Of a DNA stretch of 64,000 bases, positions 12,364 to 25,559 are shown in pieces. The DNA lies in contig NC_079166.1 of the NCBI RefSeq assembly GCF_947568905.1, positions 9,300,001-9,364,000 of the forward strand. The letters run 5' to 3'. The position numbers and the translations under genes are program-made. Source of the DNA: Ostrea edulis. Lineage: Eukaryota. The stretch's first letter is position 1. Every line of letters starts with the position of its first letter. A model generated the notes under the pieces. It did no database searches, was not told the origin of the DNA, and saw only the letters and a program-made list of their open reading frames with translations.

Positions 12364-15100
12364 CCTGTCGTCCTTCTCGTCCGATAATAAACCCAGTTTA
12401 AACTTACGATACATTGTATTTCAGAAAATCCACTGAACAGTGTACTTTCACTTTCACTCTGGTTTCCGCGAAAAAAAGGTTAAAAATGCTATTTGCCAGT
12501 AGGTTTCTGTACAAATTTCAAATCTAATTTAATGACATACTCTCGCGAACGGCAATACTATTGCGCATCCTTACCAAAATATTCAAAGTTTCCAGCAAAT
12601 GTGCCGCAAGTTTGCGGTAACGAATGTGTAGATGAGATCAAATAAATCTCTTGTTGTAACCCTCAACTCGACATTTACATATATCGACGAACTTTTATCT
12701 ATTAACTATTCTCATATTCATCCATATGTCCACTCGATTTATCTCGGCGAATTAGAAGAAAAAAATAGATGAAGATAACGAACAGCGATATATCTCATAA
12801 ATTCTTTAAGGAATACAAAATTCAGAGTTGGGGAAACATGGGTCCACAATAATGTTAAAGAATTGGTAAGAAACACTTCAGACAACATTTGATCCAATGG
12901 CAGGTTGTATAGGGTCGGAAAGTCTCGTCATGTGACTCGCCAGAAATAACGTGAAATCGTACTTCCGGGCAGTTATCAGGATGACGTTATCATAATGTAC
13001 TAGACTAGCTACGTTCAAAACCACCCAGAGCTTACTACAAACAGCAAAAGAGCGATGAATAACAACCGGGTTTAGAAAATTTGTTCTTGATAGAGCTCTG
13101 TGTAATTACAGCCTTTGTTCAAGCGTCAATACGACACATTTCCAACACAATACAGGTATGTTTACATTACACAGTCGTCTGCATCATATGCACTGTACAG
13201 TCGTTTGCATCATATATACCCATACATCTATATCTCAGAGTGTAGTTCAAGATACCGAAAGTCCTCGATCAAACACTCAGCAATATGGATTTGCGTAGTT
13301 TTGATTATTGATGTGGTGGTACCCCTACCCCCCCCCCCCCCCCCCCCTCTGCATCAAGTTAAATGATAGAGCACTAGAATATGATTAAACATTTTTCTGT
13401 TGTGTATAACATGAAGATATAGTCATATTTTATTCTTAATCTAATTAAAATCAGATCTTCTCTAACCGTTACACTGATTGTATTCTATGTTTTTGAACGC
13501 TTTATATTTTCATTTAGAAAATCTAAATTTTATCTCATCAAGATATTTCTGGAAAATGAAAACAGTACTGACACTAATCATATCAGTGACATATGAAAGT
13601 CCCACGAGTCAGTTTTGTTTCCACCTTGTAGCTGCACTACTAATACTATATAGCGTAGTCATTTGGTATGTAAAACAGTATACAGGGGCAGATCCCGGAT
13701 TCTGCGGGGGGGGGGGGGGGGGGGATTCGCGACTGACATATGCTATGGATTCTAGAATTTAAGATTAAAAGTACTTCTTATGAATTTTGATTGCTAAGAA
13801 TTTCAGCTGAATTATCACTAATCCAGAATCAATATCCGTTTTAGTGTGCAATTCTATATATATACTAGTATGACAGATCCAGGAATTCAAATGGAAGAGG
13901 GGGCACAATATCATGAGGTGGGGGTCTATCCCCCTTAATTCCGCCACTGGCATATTTCATGGATTCTAGATATACTATATCTTATGAATTTTGGTTTATA
14001 TGAATTTCAGCTGAGTTATTGATAAAGCATGTTACATGTCTATTATGAAATATTAAATTACTGGTCCAGATAGTCAACTTTCATTTTAAAGTGCTAGTGT
14101 GCATTTTTATGAATCTAAATCTTCATGTTTTATGAATGACTACAATGTTAATCTTTTAGATATAAAAGAACAAACAACACAGCTGGATCAAATATCCTAA
14201 GCTTGCACCGTAAAGCTATAACAATGAAAGAAATGTATCTACCCAGGCAATCAGAATATAGGCAACTCACTAGATTTCTTTATACAGTATTAAGATTTAA
14301 CCACTTGGGGTTAAATCCATTTATCAAAGGGAAATGTATATTGATTTGCTGCTCGTTCCTGATTCTATCTATTCTCAGATTATTTAATCTTGTATCCACT
14401 CGTTTTCACTCGTTCTGCTACATTGACGATAACAAGTCGTTCCCGGGTTTTTTCAGTGCTGCCTGTAATTGTCGGTTGTTATCTCTTATGACTTCATATT
14501 GTGCTTTCGTCACATTCATCTGGAAAAAATTCACCCTCCCTCCACTGACACTTTGATAGTCGGTGTACATAATTTTGTATACGGGTTGATGATTATCATT
14601 CTGTTTGATTACATGTATTTCTTTCCTACGCGTACTGCTGTTTCGTTTTCTTTTGATTTATATTACAGGTCAAGTTAAACCTGACTGTTTTCATCAATGA
14701 CTCCCAATCGTCATGGCTGCGGACAACGTTTCCACATGTTGGCGGAATTCTGGCTTACCAGTAGTGCTTCTATGTTAACTTTACATCAATTGACATTTTC
14801 ATGTTCTATTATGGACTAGGTGAGCAAGCAATCTGAGCATCTGTTCCCAGGGCTCAAATATTTTGCTTGTTTTTAGGGATGCCCTCTAAGGCAAGAATTA
14901 ATTCCTGGCTCCCATATTTAGGTTGATCCAGGAGTGAATTCAGAAAACTACCCCAGAAGCTGAGCACCATTTTGTGCTTCACACGTGATAGCCTTTGCTG
15001 TATGACAAATTTTGTGCAATGTAGTTGTTGTCATATAATGATTAGTTATTATTATTTTTTTAAGTTAAATCCAGTGACCAGTGTTATGTTCCGTGAATGA

Positions 15101-15785
15101 AAAGTGAAGATAACGAACAGTGATCAATCTCATAACTCCTACAACCAATACAAAATAGATAGTTGGGGCATGCAACACGGATCCTTGGAAATACCAGAGG
15201 TGGGATCAGGTGCATAGGAGGAGTAAGCATCCCCTGTCGACCGGTCACACCCGCCGTGAGCCCTATATCCTGATCAGGTAAACGGAGTTATCCGTAGTCA
15301 AAATCAGCGTGCCAAGAACGGCTTAACAATCGGTATGAAACACGTCAGAAAGCATTTGACCCAATGGTAGGTTGTATTGACGAACTAGATCATTATAACG
15401 ATCATATAATTTGCGAAATGCTAACTTAAATCGAAACTGTTGAAACACCTGTACCATCAACTTGTTTGTCAGTAGTTTGCCTCGATTTAAAAACTTACTA
15501 TACGCAGAAAAAACTCTTGCATATGAATCAGTTGAGAGATATAAACACCACATGCAGGTGATAATGGACTATTGCTACATAAAAATGGGAAGTTGAAGAT
15601 GGAGAAGCTGAAATCGTCCCGTTTGTCATACAGTTGAGTTGTCAGTTTGCCGTTAATGTCTACTTTCAATAAAATATCTAAGTATCAAGCAGAAGTGGAC
15701 GACTCTGTGGTGTCTTTTTTCGAGTTCGCTGGGATATATCGAATCGACATATGAATGAAAGTTATTATTGTTAATAGCCAAAACG
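15101..15785 (-). mobile_element. Naiad PLE 3' fragment (reverse)
   Basis: Reverse complement matches 8515-9190; ORF remnants KVDINGKLTTQLYDKRDDF and LGQMLSDVFHTDC. Confidence 0.85.
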
Positions 15786-15828
15786 ACGAGATTTAGTAGA
15801 AGGTAATAGGGAAGAAAAAAAAATAAAA

Positions 15829-15897
15829 CCCCTACTGGACTCGAACCTGCGACCTACAGTTCAACAGTCGGTAATCTTACCCACTGAGCTACTCTGC
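15829..15897 (-). repeat. tRNA-derived sequence (Pol III A/B boxes), SINE-head-like; not a functional tRNA
   Basis: TAGCTCAGTGG (A box) and GGTTCGAGTCC (B box) followed by a T-tract; acceptor stem does not pair. Confidence 0.55.
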
Positions 15898-18800
15898 AAG
15901 GTATTTAAATTGAAAATGAAAAATCAAATATTGCTGATGCTATATTTTCATCCATGTTTTTAAAGGAAGTCAGCCATTATGAAGATGTAGAGTACCTCCT
16001 TAAATGACTGATCACTAGATATATATGAACAATATTTCTTTGTTCATTTTTGTTGAAGAAGCAGCTGTCCATATAGTCAAAAAGTCTAGTGTTTAATTTA
16101 TCGTGAGGAATGGTCGTGTAAAATGTTGAAAACTCGTATGTTTTGACGATGTTTTTAGAAAAGCTTTAATTTGTGATTTCCGATCTACGAAAAGTTATTC
16201 AGAATTTTAGAGAATGCACCATTTCTGGCATATATTGTGGCATAATATGTTTAAATTTTCACTTTGATAGCTGCTAGTATTTTCGTGAGGGACAAAGATA
16301 AGGGTTTGGTAGAACATTTACTTGATCCAGCAATGTTCTTCCTTTACGGTAACACACTGTTTTATCAAGTTCATAAGCCTGTTAAGTTTCTTTTTAATTT
16401 CTCAATATGGAATGCGCCAACTTTCGTTTTTGCGGGAATTCCCATATACAGAATTTTTAAAACGCACAACAGGGTATTGTTAAAACGCGGAACGGAAAAC
16501 AGATCGGAATGGAGTGTTAAATGTTTAAAGATTTTAAGACAAAACCAATACACGATATGTGTAGTCGAGTATTTATAATCTGGAATATCTACATTTCCAA
16601 TATATCTTTGCCTTCAATAGCTTTACCAACTGTAATGAAGAGTGCAATGTAGATGTGAACAGTGTGCTTTTGAATCTTGAGATATAGAAAGTTTATTTTA
16701 GCGGCTGGGAATTCCGACAGCAATGACAACAGAACGTAACTATAAAATATTTTTCATTTTTGAAAAATACATGAGGGTGCTTCATTATTTGTCCTGCGAT
16801 CAGCTACCTCCATCTCTGGATTCGGCAAGTGCTGTCTTTAATCTTGACAAACAATTGTGTTCCAAATAGATGTACGTGTGTATATAATTTACACAGCAAA
16901 AAATATAGGTAAAATGTACCATGTATCACGATAACAGAAATCGTGTTCCCCATATCATTATATAAACATTGCACGTACAGTGTAGTTGAGGGTAACATTG
17001 AAAATTTTCACCCCGAGAAAACCAATGTCAACCGAGAGTGACAATGGTTTCTCGAGGGGTGAAAATATTCAATGTTACCCTCAACTACATGTAATATTTG
17101 TTTTATAATACAAAATGTTATATAAACAATAAAACAGAAAGACTTTTGATCAATCACTGTCATGCGATATTTCGTATATCGATGCGGGTATTCGTGTTTA
17201 TTACAAACGCTCAAACGACGTCCTCTAACAATCTACGGCGAATCGTACGCGCATAAATTTGACGCATGTGATTTTTTTTTTAATAATATCACCGATTGTC
17301 ATGTACTGTTACCCATTGCTAGATACTATCACCCTGGAGTACGTGCTTTCTGTTCTCAGAGGGTAATAATATGTTTTTTCATATGCTTCTCGACCAGTCA
17401 GATTCGAGTATTTTACATAAAAGTATAATAAAACATAATTATTAATATCCTCAAAAGTTCAAGAGCGTCAAACAGTGCTCTGTCTCGTGGAATAGGTCAG
17501 TCAGGCCCTGCAAGAACTCCCTCCCCCTTTTACTTACTATTTACTCACTGTATGTGCAAATTTTTAAAGTGAGCAAAAATACAAGTATGCTTTATACAAT
17601 GTGATATAATTTAACATCCACATGTACAAATATCATGCAACAAAGCTTATCTAGATTTTGTTGAGAATAGATGTATTTCATTCCAATTATTGTTTAGCTG
17701 TACAGAAATTCTACATCAATATATACATGACTTTAACCAACATTGAAACAAGAACAATTAAATTATCTTCTCTCTCTATCGATCGAGCTTTTCTTTAAAT
17801 TACAATGCTTTTGAAATTAACCTATGGAAGTATTAAAAATCTGTTGAGTCCATCTTTTTTATTTTAACTTTCTTCATAGCAATCAGCTTCCTCGTAATCG
17901 TAATATATAATGAATAGTTGACCCGTCTCTTATGCCGTAATCCGCGAAAGTTCTGCCATTTTTTAACTGCTGACCCGCAAAGATGAACCTCACGTCGTCC
18001 GCCGTGCATTCTATAGGATGACTCAGTTTGTGGAATAATGTCCCCACCATATCGCTCTGGAAATTGCAACATTCTAATGAGAATTAGTAGACTTCCTTTA
18101 AATTGAACATCACTAAGTCTTCATTCTATCATTCAGAGTTTCATGTGCATATTCAGGGAATATATAATATATCTAACGAAGAAACAAGAATAAAGACATT
18201 GTACAAATCGTCAAATACATATCTTAGGGTGTTATTATCATTATTATTATTTTGCAGTACTCTGTTATGAATTTATTGCATCCTCATCCATTTGCGATGA
18301 AAATATCACATAGAATGAAAGATTTATTTCTAAGAGAATGCCTTGAAAAAAGTATGTGAATAATTGTGTGCTTGTTCGTGAAATAAATATATATGCATAT
18401 ATTACTATGTAGTTTTATAATGTGGTATGGTAATGAAGTTTCCTTAAGAACATACATTATAGTTTTCTAATGATATTTGACTTTTCGTATAAACTTACGT
18501 AGGACCGCGGGACATTAATTGGTATGATTGGAATATCATCTGTTGCAGTAAAAAGATTGAACGTCCCAAATAAAAAGGACAGGTTCGATTCACTGTCGAC
18601 AGGTAGACACCGTGAAAATATTGGATAGAAATTATAGTTTTTCAATTCAATTTATATCCACTTTGCAATTGTATGTATCACAAACAATATAATGGGCATC
18701 AGGCCCAAACATGAGATATCGTCTGAAATGCTTTAATGATAATTGAATATTTGTAGTAAGATATTTGAATATTGTAACCTTCGTAAGGAATGAGTCTATT

Positions 18801-20555
18801 GTGACTCTGAAATACGTTCCGGTTGAAGCACTGCTGTTTTTTGTTGTTGTTGTTTTTTTTTTTTGTGTTACTAGTAGGGTCGTAGCTTCGTTAGGCTTGA
18901 GTAGACACGTACCTTTTCATATTTGTCAATACACTTTGTCTCATAGTTTTTGCACAAAATGATATTCATATTTCTGATTTATTATTTAAATTTATCATTT
19001 ATATTTCTGATAAATCTCTCAGACATTTTCTTTTTACAATATAATATTTACATTTACGGAATCTTTTCTCTTATATTTCTTTTGAAATTGACATTGCTTT
19101 CATCTGCGACAATGAATGTGTGACCGTTGGACCGGGCAAACCATGGCAGTGTTGTTCAAGTGATAATCACATTTAGTAAAATACAGTAAATTAGAAATAG
19201 AATATTTATATCATACTAATATGACTGGAAAAGGTCCAATGAGGCTTACAACATGTTAACTTTAGAGTCTTGCCTTCGGCCCCTCCAAACTTCGATCGCT
19301 ATAATACCGCTTATATATTTTTTTTTATATAACTTAATGGTGATCATGATAGAAAAAAACATTCGACTTAATATTTTAAAGATATTGAAAAGTTGTGCAA
19401 TATTTTATATCTGTTGCAATTAATTTGATGCCCAGAGTACGGCAAATGAGTCCTAATATTTGAAATTTCTCGATTATGGTTCCCCCAAAACACCTCCCCT
19501 AGCGGGAGAGGGTCATCCTCTCCCACACACCCACACACCTCGTTCGGCGCTTCGGTTATTTCCTCGTCCTATACATATTGAAATACTCCTAGCTACGCCC
19601 CTACATCTAGTCTACCCGATACTATCGTAACAACTCTCCATATGTCCGTAAGTTTAGGATATAATATACTTTTCTTACCGGTTCCACCGAAACTGGTTGA
19701 GTGTTCCCAGATACTGGTTGGACAAATACCATCATCTTTATTCTGTGACTTCGTTCAAGACTGACATCAAGTATTTCAGATGATGCACTTTGTTTATTAA
19801 CTTTCGGTTTTCGTTCAATGAGTTAGGGAAATGAAGTAAAACATGGATTGGACTTCCCATTCTCTTCTTCCGGCTGTGCGTGTGTGTGTGTGGGGGGGGG
19901 GGGTCATTTGCTTAGGTTTTTGTTTTGGAGGAGCCATTGTTTGGGCTTTTTCTTCTTATCTACATAATATAACGCTGACTATCTATTGCAAACATGTGAC
20001 ATCCACTTATGAATTCCATTCATTCATTCTTTAATTAAGAAATAAATTTCATTTGGGGGAGGAGATACCCGAGGGTGTGAACTGCTATATTCATCAAGAT
20101 TCATACGCGTATTGTTCACGACTGTAACGCATTCATTAGGAAATGACTATCCTTACAATTTATAAGGATATCAGAGGCAAAAACATTGAAAATATAAATA
20201 TAAGGAAATAGCCATCCGTACCATTTTTATTTGTTTGTTTTACGTTTCGTCGAGAATTTTTCACGCTTACTGAGACGAGACTAACTGTAAATTGAAGTAC
20301 CACCGATTTAGACCTATGTGTAGAGCTCAGGGCCATAGCAATGAAAATGTAGTAAAAACGCCTGACGCGACACAAAACTTCCATTTTTAAGATCATATCC
20401 GAAAGACCCATGATTCGTGTGTGTATTCTAAATGCCGAATGCTTGGTAAAGGAGCAAACATCATGAAATATCATTTTTCAAATGGTATGTTTTATGTGAT
20501 CATTTTTATCACCTGGCTAATTTGTTTAGTCATGACTATATGTTGTACATACATG

Positions 20556-20888
20556 AGTAGTATAACGCCTCCCGATAGGGGGTTCAACTGAGTGCACTTT
20601 TTATGCAAATGAGGTCAAGCAAGGGTGTCTTTTGATTGGTCAAGCGGTGTCGGGGTCAACGGAGTGGTTCAATATCTAGGACGGAGTCAACCCCAGCAGG
20701 GGTTGTAGGACCCGGTGAATAGGTTGGCCTATGGCCGCTGGTCTAATTTTAGCATGCGGTACTTTCGCTTTGAGTTCCTGGAATGAGTTCCTGCTATTTT
20801 TCTGAAAATAAAATCCAGTGAAATCCTGTGTATTAAATCTAAAAGAATAACACAAGGTTTTAAGTTGACATGTTTATTAAAGAACAAT
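20556..20888 (+). repeat. Left terminal inverted repeat (333 bp)
   Basis: Reverse complement of 40374-40739 with about 3 substitutions, a 1-nt indel and a 34-bp insertion on the right. Confidence 0.95.
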
Positions 20889-20995
20889 TTAATTAATTTA
20901 GAGTGTTATTGACGTTGTGAAAAAACCTGCTTTTCTATGACGTCACAATAAGTATATAAACGCAATACACAATTCGCGTTATCACTTTCGACATC

Positions 20996-23900
20996 ATGTC
21001 AGACAAGTTACCTAGTGGACTTCCACGGAGTTATATTGAACAGCGATTGAGATTTTTGAATGATCAGCTGAACAGACAACGGCAGCGTGAATTACATCTC
21101 CGCAGAGAGAATCAACGGCGATTACAGTATTTACAGCGGGGAGGGGGGAAAAAGAAACTCATTTCGGATTATTACAAAATTCAACTGGAACGAGGACGTC
21201 AATCACGGAAATTTAAAGTCAAGGAAAATGTCTACAATGTTGCCTTCAAGCCTATTCCAGAGAAAGAAAATACAGCCTTCATTCGTCGCCTCTTCCGGGA
21301 TATGTTAAAAAATGTGAAACAGGAAATGCAGTGCAATCCCAATGATTATCTACGTTTAAATATTCGGCACCCGTCTCTGGATTCAGCTATTTGGTACGAA
21401 TTTACGCAGTCCAATCAGCTCAACGAGGACAAAATTCTGAACAAAATAGAATCCGTGCAGCAATCTAAAAAGGAATTCCTAATCACCGACGGGGCAGTGC
21501 AGATGGATTTTTTCCATGTCAAATATCCACAAGGCAGCGGGTGCACTAAGAAAAAAGATCTACACGTGGATAAGGAGAAATTCAAAACCTCTAAGAGAGC
21601 GATCGTTCGCATTCAAAATCCTGAGGATTCTCTCTGCTTGTCCCGGGCTATTGTGGTAGCACGTCTACACAGCCAGAAATCAAACGACCCGGCATGGGAA
21701 ACGAAATGGTTACGCATGAGAAAAGGGGATAAAGATTCTCTCGATCAGAAACGAGAAGCGATAGCCTTGATGGAACAAGCTGGGTGTGTTATGAACCAGC
21801 CGTGTGGGCCACGTGAATGGGAGCAATTACAGCACGCGCTCGCCCCGCAGTATCGATTGAAAATATTTCAATTCAAAACGAATACATCTCGTTTACGACT
21901 GGAACCTATTTACAAAGGACCGGGGCACGGGACTTGTTTGAATATCCTGCTGGATAACGAGCATCACGATGCCATTGTGTCTATGCCTGGAGTGACGGAA
22001 AACAAATACTATTGCGATTATTGCGATGTTGGCTACAGTCACATTGAAGATCATCGGACCGTCTGTCCTCATCGATGCTCATTTTGTTTAGCCGATACTC
22101 CCTGTATCCCGGACGGGACTCAGACGAATTGCCCTCATTGTAAGGGATTTTTCAGAAATGCAGCTTGTTACCAGACCCACTTGAAACCTTACAGCAGTAA
22201 TACAACGACCACGGTCTGCAGTTTAATGGGGCGCTGTAACCAGTGTCAGAAATGGATGTCCAAGCAATTATTAAAACGCCACGCGTGTGGGGGTCAAACC
22301 GAATGCCGCATCTGTCACAAAGTCGTCACCATGCCTCATCACTGCTTTGTACAGACGAAACCCAAACCTAAGAAAGAAAAAGAAGAAGAGGAGTTGAAAA
22401 TATACATTTATTACGATTTCGAATGCAGTCAGGAAAACGGTATTCACATCCCCAATTTATGCGTGGCAGAACGTGTGTGTCAACATTGCGACAGTGTGGA
22501 TATCGACAAGCCCTGTTCTCATTGTGAAGGATTCGGATCACAACGCCGTTTCCTATTTCAAGGACCCGACACGTTAAAACAGTTTATGGAATGGCTCTTA
22601 CAGAGCGAGACCGATGAGCAAGGCCATGTGGAACTCAAACACGATGAAGCCACCATCATTGCCCACAATTTCAAAGGATACGATGGGCAGTTTATTTTGA
22701 ATTACCTGGTGCACACGGCGTGTATCAAACCCACCGTCATCCTGAACGGCAGTAAAATCTTATCCATGCAAGTCTTGGGGTTGAGATTCATCGATTCTTA
22801 CAACTTTCTACCCTTTGCTCTTGCCAAGATGCCCTCTGCTTTCGGATTAACGGAATTGAAAAAAGGATATTTCCCGCACTTTTTCAACACGACAGAGAAC
22901 CAGCAGTATGTGGGTCCTTACCCGGCCGCTCATTTCTACAATCCTGACGATATGTCCACCGCCAATCGTGAAGCCTTCTATACTTGGTACCATCAACAAG
23001 AGGGCAAAGTCTTTGATTTCCAGAAAGAATTCTTAGCTTACTGCATCTCGGACGTGGATATTTTACGCCGGTGTTGTGCCCATTTCAAGTCCACCCTGTT
23101 TGATCTGGTGGAAGTAGACCCCTTTCAAGAATCCATCACGTTTGCCAGCACGGCTAATTTAGCCTACCGACGAGGATTCATGGTTGAAAATACCATCGCC
23201 ATCATTCCTAATATGGGCTACCGGCCAGCACGACGATATTCAGCTAAAGCTTGTCGATGGCTCGCCTGGCTAGAACATCAACATCACTGCATACGACATG
23301 TTAGAAATGGGGGCGAAGTCACGCTTGGACCCTATACAGTAGATGGGTATGATGAGGAATCCCGTATCGTGTACGAATTCTATGGCTGTTACTGGCACGG
23401 CTGTCCCACCTGTTTCCCGAATCTGTTGACTGACATGCATCCTCATCGTGTTCAGCATACGTATCAAGACCTCTACCTGGACACCTTAAAACGAGCCAGT
23501 GCTTTAGAAGACCAAGGCTATACAGTCGTGAGCATATGGGAACACGAGTTTGATCGTCAGACCCAGACCAATCCCGACTTACAGGAATTTTTACAAGGAG
23601 TCGATATACAAGATCCTTTGAATCCCCGTGACGCTTTGTACGGAGGCCGGACCAATGCTACACGACTGTATTGTGAGGAGGGTGACATGCGATACGTGGA
23701 TGTATGTTCCCTGTACCCGTACGTGTTGAAATACAAGCCATTTCCCGTCCAACATCCCCAAGTCATCACCAGCCATTTCACCGATGTCAGAGACTATTTC
23801 GGGCTCATTCGTTGTCGTGTCCTCCCACCCCGAGAGCTGTATCACCCCGTATTACCTTACAAGACCGGGGCCAAATTACTCTTTCCCTTATGCCGCACCT

Positions 23901-24955
23901 GTGCGGAACAGCGCAACTTAGGACCCGACGAGCGGTGCCAGCACACCGATTCTGAACGCAGTCTCACTGGCACCTGGGTGACCACCGAACTTCACAAAGC
24001 ATTAGATCTGGGTTATCGTCTCGACCGCATTTACGAAGTTTGGCATTTTGAGAAAACCAGTGAGCACTTATTTCGAGCGTATATCAACACCTTTTTGAAA
24101 ATTAAACAAGAAGCTTCCGGATTCCCCGAGGATTGTCAAACAGCCCAACAGCAGCAACATTACATTGAGGAAATTCAGCAACGAGAAGGCATTGCCATGA
24201 ACCCGGCCGACATCCAGAAAAATCCGGTCCGAAGAACCATTGCCAAACTCTTTTTAAATTGTTTGTGGGGAAAATTTGCTCAACGATTACAATTACCCAA
24301 ATCCCTGTATCTCACGGAAGAAGAAGAATTACAACAGAAATTACAAGATACCACTTTAGAAGTCAAAGGCATCGAACTCTTAGAAAATCGTGAACGCCCC
24401 GAATGTGATATGATGCTGATCAATTATCAGGAGAAAGAAGAATTTTTAGAAGACTGTCCCTTTGGAAACGTGGTGCTGGCGTGTTTTACAACAGCTCATG
24501 CTCGTTTACATTTGTACGAGACGTTACAGCCTTTGGGAGAGCGTGTCTTATACTTTGACACGGATAGTATCATCTATCAGCACGACGAGACCCAGTTCAA
24601 CCCGACCATTATCAACAGTTTAGGCGGCTGGACCGATGAATTGGGTGGAGATCGTATCATCAAGTACATGTCGGGAGGCCCTAAAAATTATGCGTACGAG
24701 ACCCAGAATGGAAAATCTGTCTGCAAAGTCAAAGGATTGACACTCAATTATCGTGCCTCTAGAGTCGTGTCTCTCGATACGTTGGAAAAAATGTTGAAAG
24801 GAGAAGAAGAAGAAGTCCATGTCCGCTATCCGCACTTTATTCAACGAACCCGCCAACATGATGTGCGAACCATTCCTCTGGTGAAGAAATACCGCGTGGT
24901 GTATGATAAACGTCAACGTATTCATGACTATGACACGCTGCCTTACGGGTATTAA
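20996..24955 (+). CDS. polB: Protein-primed family B DNA polymerase (1319 aa) with VSR-like nuclease insertion
   Basis: Exonuclease motifs YYDFE, AHNFKGYDG, YCISDVDIL; polymerase motifs YVDVCSLYP, KLFLNCLWGKF, YFDTDS. Inserted VDGY..VYEFYGCYWHGC segment typical of group-2 Polintons. ORF uninterrupted. Confidence 0.95.
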   Translation: MSDKLPSGLPRSYIEQRLRFLNDQLNRQRQRELHLRRENQRRLQYLQRGGGKKKLISDYYKIQLERGRQSRKFKVKENVYNVAFKPIPEKENTAFIRRLFRDMLKNVKQEMQCNPNDYLRLNIRHPSLDSAIWYEFTQSNQLNEDKILNKIESVQQSKKEFLITDGAVQMDFFHVKYPQGSGCTKKKDLHVDKEKFKTSKRAIVRIQNPEDSLCLSRAIVVARLHSQKSNDPAWETKWLRMRKGDKDSLDQKREAIALMEQAGCVMNQPCGPREWEQLQHALAPQYRLKIFQFKTNTSRLRLEPIYKGPGHGTCLNILLDNEHHDAIVSMPGVTENKYYCDYCDVGYSHIEDHRTVCPHRCSFCLADTPCIPDGTQTNCPHCKGFFRNAACYQTHLKPYSSNTTTTVCSLMGRCNQCQKWMSKQLLKRHACGGQTECRICHKVVTMPHHCFVQTKPKPKKEKEEEELKIYIYYDFECSQENGIHIPNLCVAERVCQHCDSVDIDKPCSHCEGFGSQRRFLFQGPDTLKQFMEWLLQSETDEQGHVELKHDEATIIAHNFKGYDGQFILNYLVHTACIKPTVILNGSKILSMQVLGLRFIDSYNFLPFALAKMPSAFGLTELKKGYFPHFFNTTENQQYVGPYPAAHFYNPDDMSTANREAFYTWYHQQEGKVFDFQKEFLAYCISDVDILRRCCAHFKSTLFDLVEVDPFQESITFASTANLAYRRGFMVENTIAIIPNMGYRPARRYSAKACRWLAWLEHQHHCIRHVRNGGEVTLGPYTVDGYDEESRIVYEFYGCYWHGCPTCFPNLLTDMHPHRVQHTYQDLYLDTLKRASALEDQGYTVVSIWEHEFDRQTQTNPDLQEFLQGVDIQDPLNPRDALYGGRTNATRLYCEEGDMRYVDVCSLYPYVLKYKPFPVQHPQVITSHFTDVRDYFGLIRCRVLPPRELYHPVLPYKTGAKLLFPLCRTCAEQRNLGPDERCQHTDSERSLTGTWVTTELHKALDLGYRLDRIYEVWHFEKTSEHLFRAYINTFLKIKQEASGFPEDCQTAQQQQHYIEEIQQREGIAMNPADIQKNPVRRTIAKLFLNCLWGKFAQRLQLPKSLYLTEEEELQQKLQDTTLEVKGIELLENRERPECDMMLINYQEKEEFLEDCPFGNVVLACFTTAHARLHLYETLQPLGERVLYFDTDSIIYQHDETQFNPTIINSLGGWTDELGGDRIIKYMSGGPKNYAYETQNGKSVCKVKGLTLNYRASRVVSLDTLEKMLKGEEEEVHVRYPHFIQRTRQHDVRTIPLVKKYRVVYDKRQRIHDYDTLPYGY

Positions 24956-24991
24956 AAAGGAGATGCTAGAGAAAACCATCAGTCGGCAAAA

Positions 24992-25519
24992 ATGACGGAC
25001 TACGAATCACTACATAACCCGGGTACACCACGTTATGCTCTACTGTCAGATCGAGTAGCGTCGTTTGAAAATGCTCCCGAACACTTGCAGAAGCTATTAC
25101 CTACCATTGCAAAAGCGGGATACTTTTACAAAGGGTACGGGGATAACACATGCTGTTTTTATTGCAACTTTGGACTTCACCATTGGGGAGCTGTCGACAA
25201 TCCTTGGATACAACATGCTTATTGGTATCCTCACTGTCCTTACCTGAAGTGTAATAAGGGTAAACAATGGGTACGCCAAATGTTCAACGCCGTTAGCCGA
25301 ATGCGAGACACGGGGAAGGATTGGGGAGACTTGTCTGTAGACATTGTGGAGAATCCGGCTACGACGGAGAAATGTCATCTGTGTTTAGAAAGAGACTTGA
25401 GAATAGCTTTTTCACCTTGTGGTCATTTATGTACTTGTGCTATATGTGCTACGGGACTGAAACAATGTCCTATTTGTAGACATAGTGTTGAGCAAGCTGT
25501 ACGTATTTTTATTTGTTAA
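24992..25519 (+). CDS. iap: Viral inhibitor of apoptosis (single BIR + C-terminal RING), 175 aa
   Basis: BIR: RVASF..AKAGYFY..TCCFYC..WGAVDNPWIQHAYWYPHC. RING: CHLC..PCGHLCTCAIC..CPICR. AATAAA overlaps the stop. Confidence 0.9.
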   Translation: MTDYESLHNPGTPRYALLSDRVASFENAPEHLQKLLPTIAKAGYFYKGYGDNTCCFYCNFGLHHWGAVDNPWIQHAYWYPHCPYLKCNKGKQWVRQMFNAVSRMRDTGKDWGDLSVDIVENPATTEKCHLCLERDLRIAFSPCGHLCTCAICATGLKQCPICRHSVEQAVRIFIC

Positions 25520-25559
25520 TAAATATGTATGATCCCATGAACTTGTGTCATTTATCAAG

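Noticed and set aside
15829-15897. Functional tRNA-Asn(GTT)
   Set aside because: Acceptor and anticodon stems do not pair; treated as a tRNA-derived repeat.
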